From NCBI GenBank assembly GCA_963797555.1, contig CAWCPV010000008.1, positions 43,221-107,220 on the forward strand: a DNA stretch of 64,000 nucleotides, written 5' to 3'. The notes beneath the pieces were generated by a model. It did not search any database. It was not told where the DNA came from and saw only the letters and a program-made list of their open reading frames with translations. How positions within the stretch are numbered: position 1 is the first letter of the stretch; each line of letters begins with the position of its first letter. Source of the DNA: an uncultured Gammaproteobacteria bacterium (GTDB lineage: Bacteria > Pseudomonadota > Gammaproteobacteria > CAWCPV01). Of the stretch, positions 40,151 through 51,067 are shown piece after piece. The position numbers and the translations under genes are program-made.

Positions 40151-40342
40151 TCAGCAATGCCTATTCGCTACATCCGGCGCCTTCTGATGCAGGCGGCGAG
40201 GTGTAAGCGTGCTTTTTGAATGAGATCATGCGCGTGGGCGAGCGGTGTCAAAGTTGCTGCGGTGCTAGGCTGCAGTAGCCCGAGGGGAGGAGCGATTCGG
40301 CGGCGACACGGCGGCTCAGCGATCATGGCAGTCGTCGGCCCG

Positions 40343-41101
40343 TCATTCGCGTAGCGCCTCGACAATCGCCTCATCGCTCGCCTCCCGCGTCACGACGGCC
40401 GGCCGCTTGAAGCCCAGGTCCTGCGCGAGAGCGGCGGCGCGCTCGCTCACCACGACGAGCCGGGTGTTTCGCAGCCATTGCTGGCCGAGTTTTCCCACCA
40501 TGTCGAACAGATTGCGCAGGCCCTCGTTGCTGGTCACGACGACGGACTGGATCTCGCCCCGCGCCCAGTGGCGCAGCAGCTCGCCCACGTCGGCCTTCGG
40601 CTGCACGCGCCGGTAGACTTCGGCGTACTCGACGACGGCGCCGCGCTCCGCGAGGGTATCGGCGAGGAGCTCCCGGCCCCCCTCGCCGCGGAAGATGACG
40701 ATATGTTTGCCGGCCACTTCCTGCATGGCGGGCAGCTCCAGCAGGGCCTCGCTGTTGAAGCGGCCCGCGGGACAGAGATCGGCCTCGAGTCCCATGCGTT
40801 CCAGCTCGCGGGCGGAGCCTTTGCCGACGGTGGCGAGCTTCAGGTGCGGCGGCAGGCGGCGGCGCGCCAGGATGCCGTTCAGCGCCCTGGCTACGGCGTT
40901 CGGGCTGATGAAGACGGCGATGTCGAAGTCGTCGAGGCGGTCGACGAGGGCGTGGAAGGGCGACAAATCCTCCGGGTCGACGATCTCCAGGACCGCGAAG
41001 CAGATGGGCCGCCCGCCTTCTGCGCGGATAAGGGCGCAGAGGTGCTCCGCCTGGTGGGCGGGGCGGGTGACCAGCACCCCGACCTTATCCAGAGCCCCCA
41101 T
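40343..41101 (-). CDS. hemD: Uroporphyrinogen-III synthase
   Basis: [32 protein letters not shown]; follows hemC. Confidence 0.95.
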   Translation of the reverse strand: MGALDKVGVLVTRPAHQAEHLCALIRAEGGRPICFAVLEIVDPEDLSPFHALVDRLDDFDIAVFISPNAVARALNGILARRRLPPHLKLATVGKGSARELERMGLEADLCPAGRFNSEALLELPAMQEVAGKHIVIFRGEGGRELLADTLAERGAVVEYAEVYRRVQPKADVGELLRHWARGEIQSVVVTSNEGLRNLFDMVGKLGQQWLRNTRLVVVSERAAALAQDLGFKRPAVVTREASDEAIVEALRE

Positions 41102-42026
41102 GCGCTTCGTAGAGGGCCTGCAGGATCTCCCCGGCGCCCATAGCGAGCAGCTCCTCGGCCACATGCGCTCCCAACGCTGCGGCCTGCTCCGGACTTTCCC
41201 CCGCCTGCGCGCAGAGAACCCGCCGGCCATCGGGGGAGCCCACCATGGCGCGCAGCCGCAGCCGGCCTTCGATCACCTCGGCGTAGGCCGCCACGGGGAC
41301 CTGGCAGCCACCGTGCAGCCGCGTATTGAGCGCACGCTCGGCGGCCACGCAGGTATGGGTGAGGGGGTCGTCCAACGGGGCGATCAGTGCCTGGGTGGAC
41401 GCGTCGTCGGCTCGGCACTCGATTCCGATGGCGCCCTGGCCGATGGCCGGGATGCTGACCTCGGTGCTGAGAAAGTCGGTGATTCGCTGCTCCAGCCCCA
41501 ACCGCTTCAGGCCCGCGCAGGCCAGGATGAGGGCGTCGAACTCCCCGGCGTCGAGCTTGGCGAGCCGCGTGTTCACGTTGCCTCGCAGGGTCGAGATTAG
41601 CAATGCGGGGAAGCGGGCCCGGATCTGGCACTCGCGCCGCAGGCTGGAGGTCCCGATGCGCGCTCCCGCCGGGAGGGCGTCCAGGCTGGGGTAACGGTTG
41701 GAGACGAAAGCGTCGCGCGGGTCCGCACGCGTCAGGATGACGGGGAGCGCCAAGCCCTCCGGCAGCTCCACCGGCACGTCCTTCATGGAGTGGACCGCGA
41801 TGTCCGCGCGGCCCTCGAGCATGCCCTGCTCCAGCTCCTTGACGAACAGCCCTTTCCCGCCCACTTTGGCCAGTGGGGCGTCGAGCAGCTTGTCGCCCTG
41901 GGTCGTCATGACGACCAGCTCGACTTCGAGGCCGGGGTGCAGGTCGATGAGCCGAGCGCGCACATGCTCGGCCTGCCACAGGGCGAGCGGACTCTTGCGG
42001 GTGGCAATGCGCACGAGACTGGACAC
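41085..42026 (-). CDS. hemC: Hydroxymethylbilane synthase
   Basis: [47 protein letters not shown]. Confidence 0.97.
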   Translation of the reverse strand: MSSLVRIATRKSPLALWQAEHVRARLIDLHPGLEVELVVMTTQGDKLLDAPLAKVGGKGLFVKELEQGMLEGRADIAVHSMKDVPVELPEGLALPVILTRADPRDAFVSNRYPSLDALPAGARIGTSSLRRECQIRARFPALLISTLRGNVNTRLAKLDAGEFDALILACAGLKRLGLEQRITDFLSTEVSIPAIGQGAIGIECRADDASTQALIAPLDDPLTHTCVAAERALNTRLHGGCQVPVAAYAEVIEGRLRLRAMVGSPDGRRVLCAQAGESPEQAAALGAHVAEELLAMGAGEILQALYEAHGGSG

Positions 42027-42132
42027 GAAGCCTATGCTATAGGGCACACGTTCGCTAGGCAAACGTTGGGGCGGCGAATGCCGCACATGACCGGTTACCG
42101 GGAGTTTCCATGATCCGGAGTTTTGTCGGACA

Positions 42133-42669
42133 ATGCCGGTCTCGTCCCGAGGCACCATTCGAGGGGGAACGGCCGTGTTGTCTCGCTGCGTGCTGGGATT
42201 GTGCGCACTGGCGATGTCCGCCTTGCCTGGCCCGGGGGAGGCGGCAGGAAGCGGCGAGGTATATGTGCCGCTCGCCCAGGACCTCTCCACCGACGGCCGG
42301 GTCGCGGGGGAGCGCGGCCTGCCCATCCTGCTGCTCATGGCGGCGGAGTACTGCACGTACTGCAAGTACGTCGAGCAGAACTTCCTGAAGCCCATGATCA
42401 GCAGCGGGGACCACAAGGACAAGGTGCTCATTCGGGTCTTCTACATCGATGGCCACCAGCCCATCCGGGATTTCGACGGCAGCTCCGTGACACCCGAAGC
42501 GCTCGCCGCACGGTATCGGGTCCAGCTCACGCCCACCGTGCTGTTTCTAGGGCCGGGCGGCCAGGAGTTGGCGGAGCGTCTGGTCGGGATAAGCAGCAAA
42601 GACTTCTACGGCGTTTACCTCGAACAGGGCATCGACGGTGCGCTCGCAAAGCTGCGCGGCGTCAGCTAG
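42133..42669 (+). CDS. Periplasmic thioredoxin-fold protein (SoxW-like)
   Basis: Signal-like N-terminus, CTYC, TPTVLF. Confidence 0.8.
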   Translation: MPVSSRGTIRGGTAVLSRCVLGLCALAMSALPGPGEAAGSGEVYVPLAQDLSTDGRVAGERGLPILLLMAAEYCTYCKYVEQNFLKPMISSGDHKDKVLIRVFYIDGHQPIRDFDGSSVTPEALAARYRVQLTPTVLFLGPGGQELAERLVGISSKDFYGVYLEQGIDGALAKLRGVS

Positions 42670-43412
42670 GCGAGCGTCTTGCCCAGTGCCCTCAGGCGCT
42701 TGCGCACCGTTGGCAGATGCCGCCGGCTGACCGGGACGCCTTCTTCGATCTCCGACACATGGACCTCGTATCCTTCCGCCCCCTTGCTGAGTGCGCGTAC
42801 ATGCGGCAAGGACACCAGCGCGTTGCGGTGGATGCGCAGGAAGCTCTCCGCGAACTCGCGCTCGATGCCCTTGAGGGGTTCGTCCAGCAACAGCTCGCCC
42901 CCGGGGTAACGCGCCGTCACGTACTTGCAGTCGGCCCGGAAGTAGCGGATCTCGCTTACCGGCACCACCTGGACGCCGCCATGCCGGTAGGCGCTGATGT
43001 GGGTGCGCAGGCCCGATTGTCGGAGCGCAGCGTTGAGCGAGGACAGGTCGGGTAGGCCGAGGCGCCGCGCCCGCGCGAGGGCCCGCTCCAGCCGCACTTG
43101 CTGCACCGGCTTCAGGAGATAGTCCACCGCCTGGGCGTTGAATGCCTCCAGCGCGTAGTCGCTGTATGCCGTGGTAAAGATGACCGCGGGCGGCGTCGGG
43201 GACGCCGCGAGGTGCCGCGCCGCCTCGAGCCCATCCATGCCGGGCATGCGGATGTCCAGCAGCACCACGGCGGCCTTGAGGTCGTGGGCCTGCAGCAGCG
43301 CATCGCGCCCGTTGTCGGCTTCGCCTACCACCTGCACGTCGGGGACCGCCTGCAGGATCTGGCGCAGGCGCTGCCGGGCCCACGGCTCGTCATCCACGAT
43401 CAACAGGCGCAT
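42666..43412 (-). CDS. algR: LytTR response regulator
   Basis: DDE, LLDIRMPGMDG, FLRIHRNALV, VSRR; argH-algZ-algR-hemC synteny. Confidence 0.9.
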   Translation of the reverse strand: MRLLIVDDEPWARQRLRQILQAVPDVQVVGEADNGRDALLQAHDLKAAVVLLDIRMPGMDGLEAARHLAASPTPPAVIFTTAYSDYALEAFNAQAVDYLLKPVQQVRLERALARARRLGLPDLSSLNAALRQSGLRTHISAYRHGGVQVVPVSEIRYFRADCKYVTARYPGGELLLDEPLKGIEREFAESFLRIHRNALVSLPHVRALSKGAEGYEVHVSEIEEGVPVSRRHLPTVRKRLRALGKTLA

Positions 43413-44508
43413 CGGTCACGTAGGGAAACCACAAGTGCACCCGGTACTCCTTATCGCCGGGCTCCACGGCCAGGCCGCCGCGGCCCTCGAAGTGGGCGGC
43501 CAGACGCTGGTCGACGTTGTCCTGCGCCATGCGAAAGCCCCGGCGCGGTGCGGAGGGCTGTTGCACGGGCAGGGGGTTGCGGATGTCGAAGTGGATGAGT
43601 CCCCGCTCCAGGCGCCCGGCGACGTCCAGCAGGCCGCCGCCCGGCAGAGGCTCAATGCCATGGTAGACGGCGTTTTCCACGAGAGGCTGGATGACCAGCC
43701 AGGGTACGAGCGCATCCGCAGGGACCTGGTCGACTCGCCACGCCACTTTGAGGCGCGGTCCGAGGCGTAGCTCCTCCAGATGGAGGTAGCGCCGAGCGAC
43801 CGCCAGCTCCTCCTCCAGGGGGATCAGCCGGTTCTCCGCCAGGCTGGCCCGGAACACCTCGGCGAGGTCGTCCACTGCGCGCTCGGCCAACTCCGGCCGC
43901 GTGGGGATGAGACCTGCGATGGTGTTCAGGCTGTTGAACAGGAAGTGAGGGCGGATGCGTGCGTGCAGCGCCTGGATGCGGGCGCCGGCTTCCGCCTGGA
44001 CCTGGTGCCGCCATTGGTGTTGGACGTAGAAATAACGCATCGCTACGCCGCCGATGATGGCACTGATCACCAGGTTGCGCAGGGCGAATTCATGCCGGGG
44101 GCCGGCCGGGACGTGCAGTTGCAGACCGGCATACTGGTCCACCCAGCAGGCCGCTTCGCTGATGACCAGCGTCAGGCCGAGGAGCACCAGGAGGCTCAAG
44201 ATGGCTGCCCAGGCATCGCCGACCCCGCCCAGGTGCGGTCTCAACAGGCACAGAACGCCGATGGTGGAGAGCGCGATCCACTGGATGAAGAGGGACGCGA
44301 GGGCGAGCTGCTCCCACCCCGCAGCGCCGGACGCCCGCGGGGCGAGCGTCAGGACGATGGCCAGCAGCTCACCCGTCACCACCACCGAGAGCACGCGGGG
44401 TGCGGTGCACAGGTCCGGCAGGAAGGGCTCTTCGCCGGCGTTGGCCTGGGGGCCTCGGTACGGCACAGGCGTATCACCCTGACGGCTGAGGATCCGGGCG
44501 CGTGTCAT
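43390..44508 (-). CDS. algZ: LytS-type sensor kinase AlgZ/FimS
   Basis: [34 protein letters not shown]. Confidence 0.88.
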   Translation of the reverse strand: MTRARILSRQGDTPVPYRGPQANAGEEPFLPDLCTAPRVLSVVVTGELLAIVLTLAPRASGAAGWEQLALASLFIQWIALSTIGVLCLLRPHLGGVGDAWAAILSLLVLLGLTLVISEAACWVDQYAGLQLHVPAGPRHEFALRNLVISAIIGGVAMRYFYVQHQWRHQVQAEAGARIQALHARIRPHFLFNSLNTIAGLIPTRPELAERAVDDLAEVFRASLAENRLIPLEEELAVARRYLHLEELRLGPRLKVAWRVDQVPADALVPWLVIQPLVENAVYHGIEPLPGGGLLDVAGRLERGLIHFDIRNPLPVQQPSAPRRGFRMAQDNVDQRLAAHFEGRGGLAVEPGDKEYRVHLWFPYVTDAPVDRG

Positions 44509-44587
44509 GTTGCCTCCCTGGGGCGCGCCGCTTTTATCGAGGGCTGGATGCTCCCTTATACTAGCAGAGCGCGTGCGAGGTGCTGAG

Positions 44588-45985
44588 ATGAGCGAGCAAG
44601 AGCCGGTGAGAAAGCCCTGGGGTGGTCGCTTCGCGGAGACCACCGACGCGTTCGTGGAGCGCTTTACGGCGTCCGTGGCGTTCGACCGGCGCCTATACCG
44701 GCACGACATCACGGGCTCCATCGCCCATGCCCGCATGCTGGCGAAGGTCGGCGTGCTGAGCGCGGCGGAATGCGAAGCGATTGTGCGCGGGCTGGAGCGC
44801 GTGCGGGCCGGCATCGAGAGTGGTGAATTCGACTGGTCGGTGGCCCTGGAGGACGTCCACATGAACGTGGAGGCGAGACTCACCGAGGCCATCGGGGAAG
44901 CCGGCAAGAAGCTTCACACCGGGCGCTCGCGCAACGACCAGGTGGCGACCGACCTGCGCCTGTATCTGCGGGACGAGATCGATTTCATCGTCTCGGAGCT
45001 GATGCGCGTGCAGTGCGGGCTGCTCGTGCTGGCGGAGCAGGAGGCGGACACCGTCATGCCCGGCTTCACGCACCTGCAGATCGCCCAGCCCGTCACTTTC
45101 GGCCACCACCTGCTGGCCTGGTTCGAGATGCTGCAGAGGGACCGCGAACGGCTCCGGGAGTGCCGTCGCCGGGTGAACGTGCTCCCCTTGGGTGCGGCGG
45201 CCCTTGCGGGCACGTCTTTCCCCATCGACCGTCACTACACCGCCGAGCTGCTCGGCTTCGAGGGGGTGGCGGAGAACTCCCTGGACGCCGTGAGCGACCG
45301 TGACTTCGCCGTGGAGTTCTGCGCCGCGGCCGCGCTCATCATGGCGCACCTCTCGCGCTTCTCCGAGGAGCTGATCCTGTGGTCCAGCAGCCAGTTCGAT
45401 TTCGTGGAGTTGCCCGACCGTTTCTGCACGGGGTCCTCCATCATGCCTCAGAAGAAGAACCCCGACGTGCCGGAGCTGGTCCGCGGCAAGACCGGACGGG
45501 TGAACGGCCACCTGATCGCCCTGCTGACTCTCATGAAGGCGCAGCCCTTGGCCTACAACAAGGACAACCAAGAGGACAAAGAGCCGGTATTCGATGCCGT
45601 GGACACCGTGAAGGGCGCCCTGCGAGCCTACGCGGACATGATCCCGGCGCTCGAGGTGAAGCGCGAGAATATGCTGAGGGCTGCGCGGGGGGGATTCTCC
45701 ACGGCCACGGATCTCGCCGACTATTTGGTGCGCAAGGGCCTCGCGTTCCGCGATGCCCACGAGGTCGTGGGGAAGGCCGTGCGTTACTGCGTCGAGTCCG
45801 GGAAAGGCGAACTGGCGGAGCTGACGCTCGATGAACTGCGTGAATTCGCTGCGGTCATCGGGCAGGATGTCTTCCAGGTGATCACGGTGCAGGGTTCCAT
45901 CGCCGCCCGCGACCACTTTGGCGGAACCGCGCCGGCCCAGGTGCGCGCGGCCGTCGAGCGCGCCCGGCAGAGGCTCGCGGGATGA
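44588..45985 (+). CDS. argH: Argininosuccinate lyase
   Basis: [27 protein letters not shown]. Confidence 0.98.
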   Translation: MSEQEPVRKPWGGRFAETTDAFVERFTASVAFDRRLYRHDITGSIAHARMLAKVGVLSAAECEAIVRGLERVRAGIESGEFDWSVALEDVHMNVEARLTEAIGEAGKKLHTGRSRNDQVATDLRLYLRDEIDFIVSELMRVQCGLLVLAEQEADTVMPGFTHLQIAQPVTFGHHLLAWFEMLQRDRERLRECRRRVNVLPLGAAALAGTSFPIDRHYTAELLGFEGVAENSLDAVSDRDFAVEFCAAAALIMAHLSRFSEELILWSSSQFDFVELPDRFCTGSSIMPQKKNPDVPELVRGKTGRVNGHLIALLTLMKAQPLAYNKDNQEDKEPVFDAVDTVKGALRAYADMIPALEVKRENMLRAARGGFSTATDLADYLVRKGLAFRDAHEVVGKAVRYCVESGKGELAELTLDELREFAAVIGQDVFQVITVQGSIAARDHFGGTAPAQVRAAVERARQRLAG

Positions 45986-46365
45986 CGCCCGCGGACAGCC
46001 TGGAGGCCCTTCGCCAGCGCCTGGCCGGGTTCGCGGCCGAGCGCGACTGGGACCAGTTCCACTCGCCCAAGAACCTGTCCATGGCCCTCATCGCCGAGGC
46101 CGCGGAGCTGGTCGAGCACTTCCAGTGGCTCACCGAGGCCCAGAGCCAGGCGTTGCCGCCCGACAAGCTGGAAGAGGTGGCCCACGAGCTGGCCGACATT
46201 CTCATCTACCTGGTGCGCATGGCCGACAAGCTCGACGTGGACCTGGTCCAGGCGGTCTACGCCAAGATCCGCATCAACGAGCAGCGCTATCCGGCCGAGC
46301 GGGTGAGGGGCGACGCGCGCCGGGCATCGGAGTATGACCAGACGGCGGAGGATGGCGAAGGCTGA
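45982..46365 (+). CDS. MazG-like nucleotide pyrophosphohydrolase
   Basis: [35 protein letters not shown]. Confidence 0.9.
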   Translation: MTPADSLEALRQRLAGFAAERDWDQFHSPKNLSMALIAEAAELVEHFQWLTEAQSQALPPDKLEEVAHELADILIYLVRMADKLDVDLVQAVYAKIRINEQRYPAERVRGDARRASEYDQTAEDGEG

Positions 46366-47995
46366 GAGCCTGTGAATTTATCGAATCTCGGCGGTTCGGG
46401 TGAGGAAAAAATCGCCGCTCATAGGGAAGATGCCGAAGAATATTAGCAGAGCGTGATATAGCTCTCGTTGGGTATAGGCAAACTGGACTGGGGTCACGCC
46501 CGAGCGATGCGAGGGGTCCTTCGAGGCGCCCGCCAGGCGGCGTCAAACCCTTTGTCTTAAGGGCTAGGCGGTGCGGTATTGGGGTTGGCTGGCTTTCCGC
46601 AGGCGCAGGAAGGCTGCGCGTATTAGGTTGTGGGCAAGCGCGTACCACAGCAACACGCTTTTCACCTTCTGCAGCCCACGCACGGTGAATTGGCGCAGTC
46701 CCCGGTTTCTCGCGATGGCATTGACGCATTCGGCGGTAGAGGCCCGCTGCTTGTAGATCTCTTTGGCCTGTTCGGTGCCCATGCGTTCTCGCCACGCGGC
46801 CACCGCTGGACTATCCTCGGGCAGCGGGGCATGGGGGTCGCGGTTGGGGTCTTTGGGCTTTTGTACCGGGGCGTAGACCGTGGTGCCGGCGGCGGTGGCC
46901 GCTTCGATGGCCTGCTTGTTGGCAAAGCCCCCATCGACCAGGGTCTCCTCAGGCAGCGCTTGATAACGCTCGACAAGCTGCTCCAGCATCGGCACCAGTT
47001 CGCCCTGGTCGCTGCCTTCATTGCCGAGGTCGACCCCCACCACAATCTGGGTTCCGGTGTCGGCGCAAAACTGGCCGTTGAAGGCGGGTCGAAACCCGCC
47101 ATCGGCCATCTTCATCACCCGCGCCTCGGGGTCGGTGGTGGAGACCCGCGCCTTGGCCTTCTCCGCGGCCTTCTTCTTGGCCTCGACCTGAGGCAGATGC
47201 TCCAGGGCCTGGCGCACCCGCTGCTCGCGCTCGTGAGCGGCCCGCAGCCGGGCGGCCCGCTCACGCTGGGCGCTCGCTGCCGGGGCGTCTTGCAGCTCTT
47301 GGCGCAACGTCTCGACCTGCGCACGAGCCTCTTCGAGACAGCTCTCCAGGCTTGGTTGGCGACGGAACGAGGCCGCCCCGGCCGAGGCGCGGATGCGCAC
47401 GCCATCTTGCGCCACCCGCTTCATGCTGACCAGCCCCTCCGACAGGAGGGTGGCCACCCCCACGGTGAGCTGATGGTCGAGAAACGCCCCATGGGCCACC
47501 CGAAAGTCCGCCAAGGTGTGGTAGTTGACCGATACACCACCGCACAGCCAGCGGTAGGCATCATGCTGCTGGCACAGCCGCTCCAGCATCCGCGCACTGC
47601 CTACCCCCTCCAAGGTGGCATACAGCCACAGCGCTATCAGGATGGCCGGGTCAATCGGCGGGCGTCCCGCCCCGCCCTCCACGGCCCGGATCCCCTGGTA
47701 CAGGGGCGAGAGATCGATCCCCTCCACGAAGGCCCAGACCGTGCGCACCGGATGGTCCTCGGCTACCAGCGCCTCCAGATCACAGGCCCGCAGCTCGACT
47801 TGGGCACGGTTGGGCCGCTGGTAACGCGGCGGCGCACCCTGCACCACCCGCCCCTTGCACGCTTCTCCGCTCGGGAGCGGTGCCTGCTCTTCGTCAAAGA
47901 GTGGGATGTCCACTTCGCTCTGCCCCCTGGGTGGACAAATAAATGGCGAAACTTTACACCATCACGAGGGCTTCGGGGATTTTTTCACAGGCTCT
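46365..47995 (-). mobile_element. IS1182-family insertion sequence
   Basis: Inverted repeats AGAGCCTGTGAA / TTCACAGGCTCT; inserted at the stop of the MazG-like gene. Confidence 0.85.
46564..47913 (-). CDS. IS1182-family transposase
   Basis: GRPPIDP, YRWLCGG..YHTLADFR, AQDG, S.TDPEARVMK, VDGGF, YKQR..AE. Confidence 0.9.
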   Translation of the reverse strand: MDIPLFDEEQAPLPSGEACKGRVVQGAPPRYQRPNRAQVELRACDLEALVAEDHPVRTVWAFVEGIDLSPLYQGIRAVEGGAGRPPIDPAILIALWLYATLEGVGSARMLERLCQQHDAYRWLCGGVSVNYHTLADFRVAHGAFLDHQLTVGVATLLSEGLVSMKRVAQDGVRIRASAGAASFRRQPSLESCLEEARAQVETLRQELQDAPAASAQRERAARLRAAHEREQRVRQALEHLPQVEAKKKAAEKAKARVSTTDPEARVMKMADGGFRPAFNGQFCADTGTQIVVGVDLGNEGSDQGELVPMLEQLVERYQALPEETLVDGGFANKQAIEAATAAGTTVYAPVQKPKDPNRDPHAPLPEDSPAVAAWRERMGTEQAKEIYKQRASTAECVNAIARNRGLRQFTVRGLQKVKSVLLWYALAHNLIRAAFLRLRKASQPQYRTA

Positions 47996-48188
47996 GAGAG
48001 GATGTGGAAAAGAACAATCTGGGAGCGGTGCGACTCCCTGTGGGATGAGAAAGGCTGGGATCGCGTACACTACGCTCGGGCTGGAGGGGAGTGGCCGTTG
48101 GCTTTCTTGGTGGTACGACTCCGAGAAAAGACATGGTCCAGGGACTGCTGCGGACTTAGAGTGATGACGCCTCCCTGCCAGGCGGGAG

Positions 48189-49742
48189 TTGCTACGGGCG
48201 CAGACTCACCGAGAGCTTAACAAGGCCCGGCACGCGCCGGAAGCCCGGAGCAACTGGGCGAAGGTCTTGGAAAGCCTGTTCGCGGGCTCACTCGCCGTGC
48301 GCTTCCAACTACGGCTCGTGGAGGTCCATATCGGCGTCGACCTGTCGTCCCTCGCACCGGAACGCACTGTCCAGGCCGCCGATGGCGACGAACTGGTCCC
48401 GATCACCATGACCCAGCTCAACGAGCAGAACATCGAGGCCCTGCGGCCGGCAAACAGCCCCCATAAGCCGGAAATCCCGAGTCTCGCTTCGCCCGCGTCG
48501 GAGGCCGCAGGTGGGTCGCTGCCGCCTGCGGGATTGGGCACCGGGGCCGTCCAGCCCGAGCCCACACCAGCCAAGGAACGCGTTGCCTCGGAGACGGCCA
48601 GTCCTGTCCAAGCGCCACCCGTGGAAACGGTCACGCTCCCGCGGACAAGAGTCTACCTCGGAGATGCCACCGGCGCTTACGGCCGTGCACGGGAAATATG
48701 GCTAGAACCGGAGCTTCCGGATCGGCCCCTGCCTAATCCGCACATCTGCGTGACAGGCGAGACTGGGAGCGGCAAGACACAGGCGGCCAAGGCCATCCTC
48801 CACGAACTGCTCGGTGCCGGTCTCCCAGCCCTGGTGCTGGATTTCAAGGACGATTACTCGGACCGGGAGTATGTCGAGGCCGAGGGGTTTGCCCTGTACG
48901 ACGCCGCCTATGGCGGGATGCCCTTCAACCCCATGACGCCGCCCACGGACCCCAGGACCGGGCGCTGCTCACCTATCACCCACATTCACCAACTCGGCGG
49001 TATCCTCAAACGGGTCTACCGGCTGGGAGACCAGCAGGCATTCCACCTTCGGGAGGGCATGAAGGCGGTCTACGCGGCGGAAGGTATCGACCTCCAGGCC
49101 CTGTCCCCGGGCGAAAGACATGCCTTCCCACCGTTCGAGCGGGTGCGCGATATCCTAATTCAGGAAGGCCAAGATGCCCTCCTAGGGCGGTTGTCACCCA
49201 TCTTCGACCTGCGACTCTTCGCAAGCGTCGAGGACGAGACCGCGCTTCACAGGCTGCTCGACTCGGCGGCGGTGATCCGGGTCAGCCAGTTGCCGGGGGA
49301 CGAGATCAAGAATGCGGTGGCCGAGTTCCTGCTGATGGCGCTATACAACCACATAATTCGCCAGTCTCAGCCGCGCGCCCTTCGCCGTCTGCTGGTCCTG
49401 GACGAGGCCTGGCGGCTGGTGCAGTCGCCTTACCTGGAGCCCCTGATGCGGGAGGGAAGGGCGTTCGGTCTCGGAGTGATAGTGGCGACCCAGTTTCCCA
49501 AAGACCTGCCTGAGGTCGTCGCGGGCTCCGCCGCCACCAAGCTGTTCTTCAGCCAGACGCAGTCCGACCAGATCCGTGACGTACAGCGTAGCCTGACGGG
49601 GAAGACAAGTGGGCCCGAGGCCGAGCAGGTGGCGGCGGTCGTGCGTAGCCTGCCGCCGCTCACATGCCTTTTGCAGAATGCCCACTACAGTCCGTACGCG
49701 CGAGTGGCTGTGCGGGCGTACTATGAACGTGTGCAGCAGTGA
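48189..49742 (+). CDS. HerA/FtsK-like P-loop ATPase (DUF87-type), probably N-terminally truncated
   Basis: NPHICVTGETGSGKT, LVLDFKDDY, LLVLDEAW, GRAFGLGVIVATQ. Confidence 0.75.
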   Translation: MLRAQTHRELNKARHAPEARSNWAKVLESLFAGSLAVRFQLRLVEVHIGVDLSSLAPERTVQAADGDELVPITMTQLNEQNIEALRPANSPHKPEIPSLASPASEAAGGSLPPAGLGTGAVQPEPTPAKERVASETASPVQAPPVETVTLPRTRVYLGDATGAYGRAREIWLEPELPDRPLPNPHICVTGETGSGKTQAAKAILHELLGAGLPALVLDFKDDYSDREYVEAEGFALYDAAYGGMPFNPMTPPTDPRTGRCSPITHIHQLGGILKRVYRLGDQQAFHLREGMKAVYAAEGIDLQALSPGERHAFPPFERVRDILIQEGQDALLGRLSPIFDLRLFASVEDETALHRLLDSAAVIRVSQLPGDEIKNAVAEFLLMALYNHIIRQSQPRALRRLLVLDEAWRLVQSPYLEPLMREGRAFGLGVIVATQFPKDLPEVVAGSAATKLFFSQTQSDQIRDVQRSLTGKTSGPEAEQVAAVVRSLPPLTCLLQNAHYSPYARVAVRAYYERVQQ

Positions 49743-50173
49743 GCGCTGCCCGACCCGCATCACGGAAGGCTGGCCCCATCTTCTCAGTAGTTAGCCCGTA
49801 GTTTAGCTTTCAAGAAGGGGGCGCGCGCTGGAGAGGCCGAGGCGAGAAGCCGGAAAGGCGCGATAGACAGGGCTGGCGCGGCGCGTCAGCCAGTTCGTCG
49901 CATTCCGGTACGTCGAGGGCGACTATCCGAGGCATCGCATCCCCGAGCCCAGGACCCTGGTGACCTGGCTCAGGCACTTCACCCCCTTCGGCCCGACCGA
50001 GGAGTGCATGGCCGTGTTCGAGAGGGGGCTGGCCGCCCGTCTCGGCGGCCTCGGCGAGGAGGGCCGCCGGGACGCCGCGGACTATTATTCGCAATGCAGG
50101 CGGTGGCTGTGGAGGTCCTGCACGGCGGAGTAAGCTGAGGGCGAAGAACAGGAACCCGAGTAAAGGAGGCACC

Positions 50174-50401
50174 ATGTTGCAGGCGATTAAACGTCAGGTG
50201 ATTGTCCAGCCGGGCGGGCGTATCGAGCTGACCGTCACCGAGCTCGAGGCGGGTACATCGGCGGAGGTGGTGATTATCGTCCCGGCCGCAGAGACACAAC
50301 CGCGTCGGCTGATCAGCTTTCTGGGCAAGGGGCGAGGGGCCTTCGCCACTCCTGGCGAGGCCGACGCCTTCCTGCGCGCGGAGCGGGAGGGATGGCAATA
50401 G
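50174..50401 (+). CDS. Putative antitoxin
   Basis: RBS AGGAGG; 75 aa ending FLRAEREGW; overlaps the PIN gene. Confidence 0.75.
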   Translation: MLQAIKRQVIVQPGGRIELTVTELEAGTSAEVVIIVPAAETQPRRLISFLGKGRGAFATPGEADAFLRAEREGWQ

Positions 50402-50834
50402 TACAGACCCTCCCCGGCCCCCGCGTGTACCTGGACACCAACGTGTTCATCTACTTGCTGGAGGGCTATCCGGGCTATGCCGCGGTCCTGGCCGAGCTTT
50501 TCCAGCGTGTCGATGATGGGACCCTGCAGGCGGTGACCAGGAACTCACCCTGGCGGAGGCCCTGATCAAGCCTTTGACGGACACCTTGGAGCGGGCCTAC
50601 TGCGAGCTGATCCAGTCCACCGATGGACTGAGGGTCGAGCCGGTGACCCGTGACATCCTGATCGAAGCGGCCAGATTGCGGGCGGCACACGGTGGGGCGA
50701 GGCTCCCGGACGCGATCCACGCAGCGACGGCGCTCGACGCTCAGTGCCAGAGCTTCGTCACCAACGACTCGGGCCTGAAGGTCCTGCCCGATCTCAACGT
50801 CGTGCTCCTCTCCGAGTTTGCCGTGCTCCGTTGA
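50392..50834 (+). pseudogene. vapC: VapC PIN toxin, frameshifted near 50539
   Basis: VYLDTNVFIY / ELTLAEAL..AARLRA..LPDAIHAATA..FVTND. Confidence 0.8.
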
Positions 50835-51067
50835 CGCATGGAGCATGGCTCAGTGGAAGCTCAACGCATACCCCGACTGCAACCCGCTCCGGGCTGCAGC
50901 GATGCGGAGCCCCATGGATTGGAAAGGACAACTTCGTCCGTCTTGGGACCCTGGACAGGCTCTTCCTAGCCCATACGCGGCCGAATTCGGGGATGGACCC
51001 GAACCGCCCGAATCGCCAAGCCACCCCCGATGCGTATGGCTCTCAGGCACGACGGCCCTTCCAACGC

